A stretch of 64,000 nucleotides of DNA from Felis catus (Eukaryota), in NCBI RefSeq assembly GCF_018350175.1, contig NC_058368.1, forward strand, positions 83,640,001-83,704,000, written 5' to 3'. Numbering within the stretch: position 1 is the first letter of the stretch; each line of letters begins with the position of its first letter. The notes under the pieces were generated by a model. The model made no database searches. It was not told the DNA's origin and was given only the letters and a program-made list of their open reading frames with translations. The position numbers were made by a program, and so were the translations under genes. Below are positions 61,951 to 64,000 of this stretch, piece by piece.

Positions 61951-62673
61951 AATATCACACTTTTGTCTATTTTAAAAAGTTGTCTTTACTGCATGTTGGT
62001 CGTGTAAATAACAAATCTTAGAAATCATGCTCATGTTATCATGGCTGATCTTTACTACAACAATTCAGTTGTTGGGATGAATTTAATTAGGGCAAATTTA
62101 TTCTTTAGCTCCCAAACCTGAAGATATCTAGTGGTGAGTACCTCTCTAAAATCATTAGCACATTGTGGTAGGAGGTACTGTGGGAAAAATATTAACCCCA
62201 AGAAGGAGGACTTAGGGAAGCTTTCCAGCATAAGGTGGTTGGTACTGCCACTGAGATCTGGAGTATGTAACTTATCATACAAACAAGTAAAGTCCATCTA
62301 ACATTCAATCCTTCACTTAGTCAAAAAACATGGTTTATTCTATATTAAAATGAAAATAATAACTAACAGCTAAGTGAATTTCACATGTACATAACAAATG
62401 TCTACTGTCTCAAGGGAATTTTATCCATAGGTGTAATTTTTGCAAATAGTTGTAATAAACTACACAAACTGGTTTGAGACACATGTGGAAAAGGTACAAC
62501 TCATAAGGACACACCAGTTCTACCTATGACATATAAGTTCAACCAAACAAAGAGTCTGAAAAGAGACCCTAGACTCAGTGTTGAATGGTAACTAGATACT
62601 ACCTTCATGAGTATAGGAGGCTGGGACACGGGATCTTCCTCAAAGACATGATGCCACATAAAAGGATCACTAT

Positions 62674-63525
62674 CCCCAGTGAAGAAATGGGCAGAAAACA
62701 TGAATAGACACTTCTCTAAAGAAGACATCCAGATGGCCAACAGGCACATGAAAAGATGTTCAGCGTCGCTCCTTATCAGGGAAATACAAATCAAAACCAC
62801 ACTCAGGTATCACCTCACGCCAGTCAGAGTGGCCAAAATGAACAAATCAGGAGACTATAGATGCTGGAGAGGATGTGGAGAAACGGGAACCCTCTTGCAC
62901 TGTTGGTGGGAATGCAAATTGGTGCAGCTGCTCTGGAAAGCAGTGTGGAGGTTCCTCAGAAAATTAAAAATAGACCTACCCTATGACCCAGCAATAGCAC
63001 TGCTAGGAATTTATCCAAGGGATACAGGAGTACTGATGCATAGGGCCACTTGTACCCTAATGTTCATAGCAGCACTCTCAACAATAGCCAAATTATGGAA
63101 AGAGCCTAAATGTCCATCAACTGATGAATGGATAAAGAAATTGTGGTTTATATACACAATGGAATATTACATGGCAATGAGAAAAAATGAAATATGGCCT
63201 TTTGTAGCAACGTGGATGGAACTGGAGAGTGTGATGCTAAGTGAAATAAGCCATACAGAGAAAGACAGATACCATATGGTTTCACTCTTATGTGGATCCT
63301 GAGAAACTTAACAGGAACCCATGGGGGAGGGGAAGGAAAAAAAAAAGAGGTTAGAGTGGGAGAGAGCCAAAGCATAAGAGACTGTTAAAAACTGAGAACA
63401 AACTGAGGGTTGATGGGGGGTGGGAGGGAGGAGAGGGTGGGTGATGGGTATTGAGGAGGGCACCTTTTGGGATGAGCACTGGGTGTTGTATGGAAACCAA
63501 TTTGTCAATAAATTTCATTAAAAAA
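62674..63525 (+). mobile_element. Very young 5'-truncated LINE-1
   Basis: Perfect 14-bp TSD aaaaggatcactat (62660-62673, 63526-63539); uninterrupted ORF2 C-terminus 62679-63302 with CCHC; poly(A). Confidence 0.96.
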
Positions 63526-63942
63526 AAAAGGATCACTATGAACAAAGTTCAAGTGGTCGATCAAGAAGGAGAAGAATGCTCCAATGGCACCTCCTTTCTG
63601 GCTCACTTTATAGCCTCAATTCTTCTCCTTTTGCGACCCAGGTATTTACAAATGATAATAAAATGATGACACATGGATTTAAGAAGAGGGAAATTAGTGG
63701 GAATCAATTGGAGAAGAGCAACACTGGAGGTATGGAGACAAGTTGTGTGAGGACAATAAGATGGATAGTGTTGATGTAAGTGGAATGGACCATTACAATT
63801 GGAATTATGGGGTTTGGGGTGTAAGCAGGGTCTTGTAAAATCTGTTCCATAAAACCAGAAACTTGGTTGCATGTGTACCAGTTTCCAATTAGCTGTGACA
63901 ACTTGTGAAATATCAAGTGGTTTCAAAAGTAGAGATTCCCTT

Positions 63943-64000
63943 GGGGTGCCTGGGTGGCTCAGTCGGTTAAGCGTCTGACTTCGGCCCAGGTCATGATCTC
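63943..64000 (+). mobile_element. CanSINE 5' end (runs off the window)
   Basis: ggggtgcctgggtggctcagtcggttaagcgtctgact. Confidence 0.9.

Noticed and set aside
63540..63930. Short ORFs (63603-63926 and others) in unique-looking sequence
   Set aside because: No recognisable domain or splice structure; cannot be supported without a database search.

Overview
Mammalian, almost certainly felid, genomic DNA (young SINEC_Fc-type CanSINEs and cat-type LINE-1 3' ends) from an olfactory receptor cluster. It holds two head-to-head OR2T-subfamily paralogues about 59.7 kb apart. One is a frameshifted pseudogene on the minus strand (ATG at 759, running off the left edge); the other is an intact 320-aa OR2T5/OR2T29-like gene on the plus strand (60486-61448). 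Most of the space between them is layered LINE-1 sequence of several ages, including four elements that keep their 5' ends, plus about 17 CanSINEs, a MIR and microsatellites. Nearly all other ORFs in the track are L1/SINE fragments or chance frames. I found no convincing novel protein-coding or RNA system. The most unusual content is retrotransposition structure: a twin-primed L1 nested in another twin-primed L1 with the same inversion breakpoint; an L1 with a ~450-bp inverted duplication whose arms may come from different templates; a TSD-flanked poly(A)-only insertion at the pseudogene splice acceptor; a probable 3' transduction; and a strong orphan splice acceptor just after the intact OR stop codon. 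Boundaries of old repeats were read by eye and are approximate.
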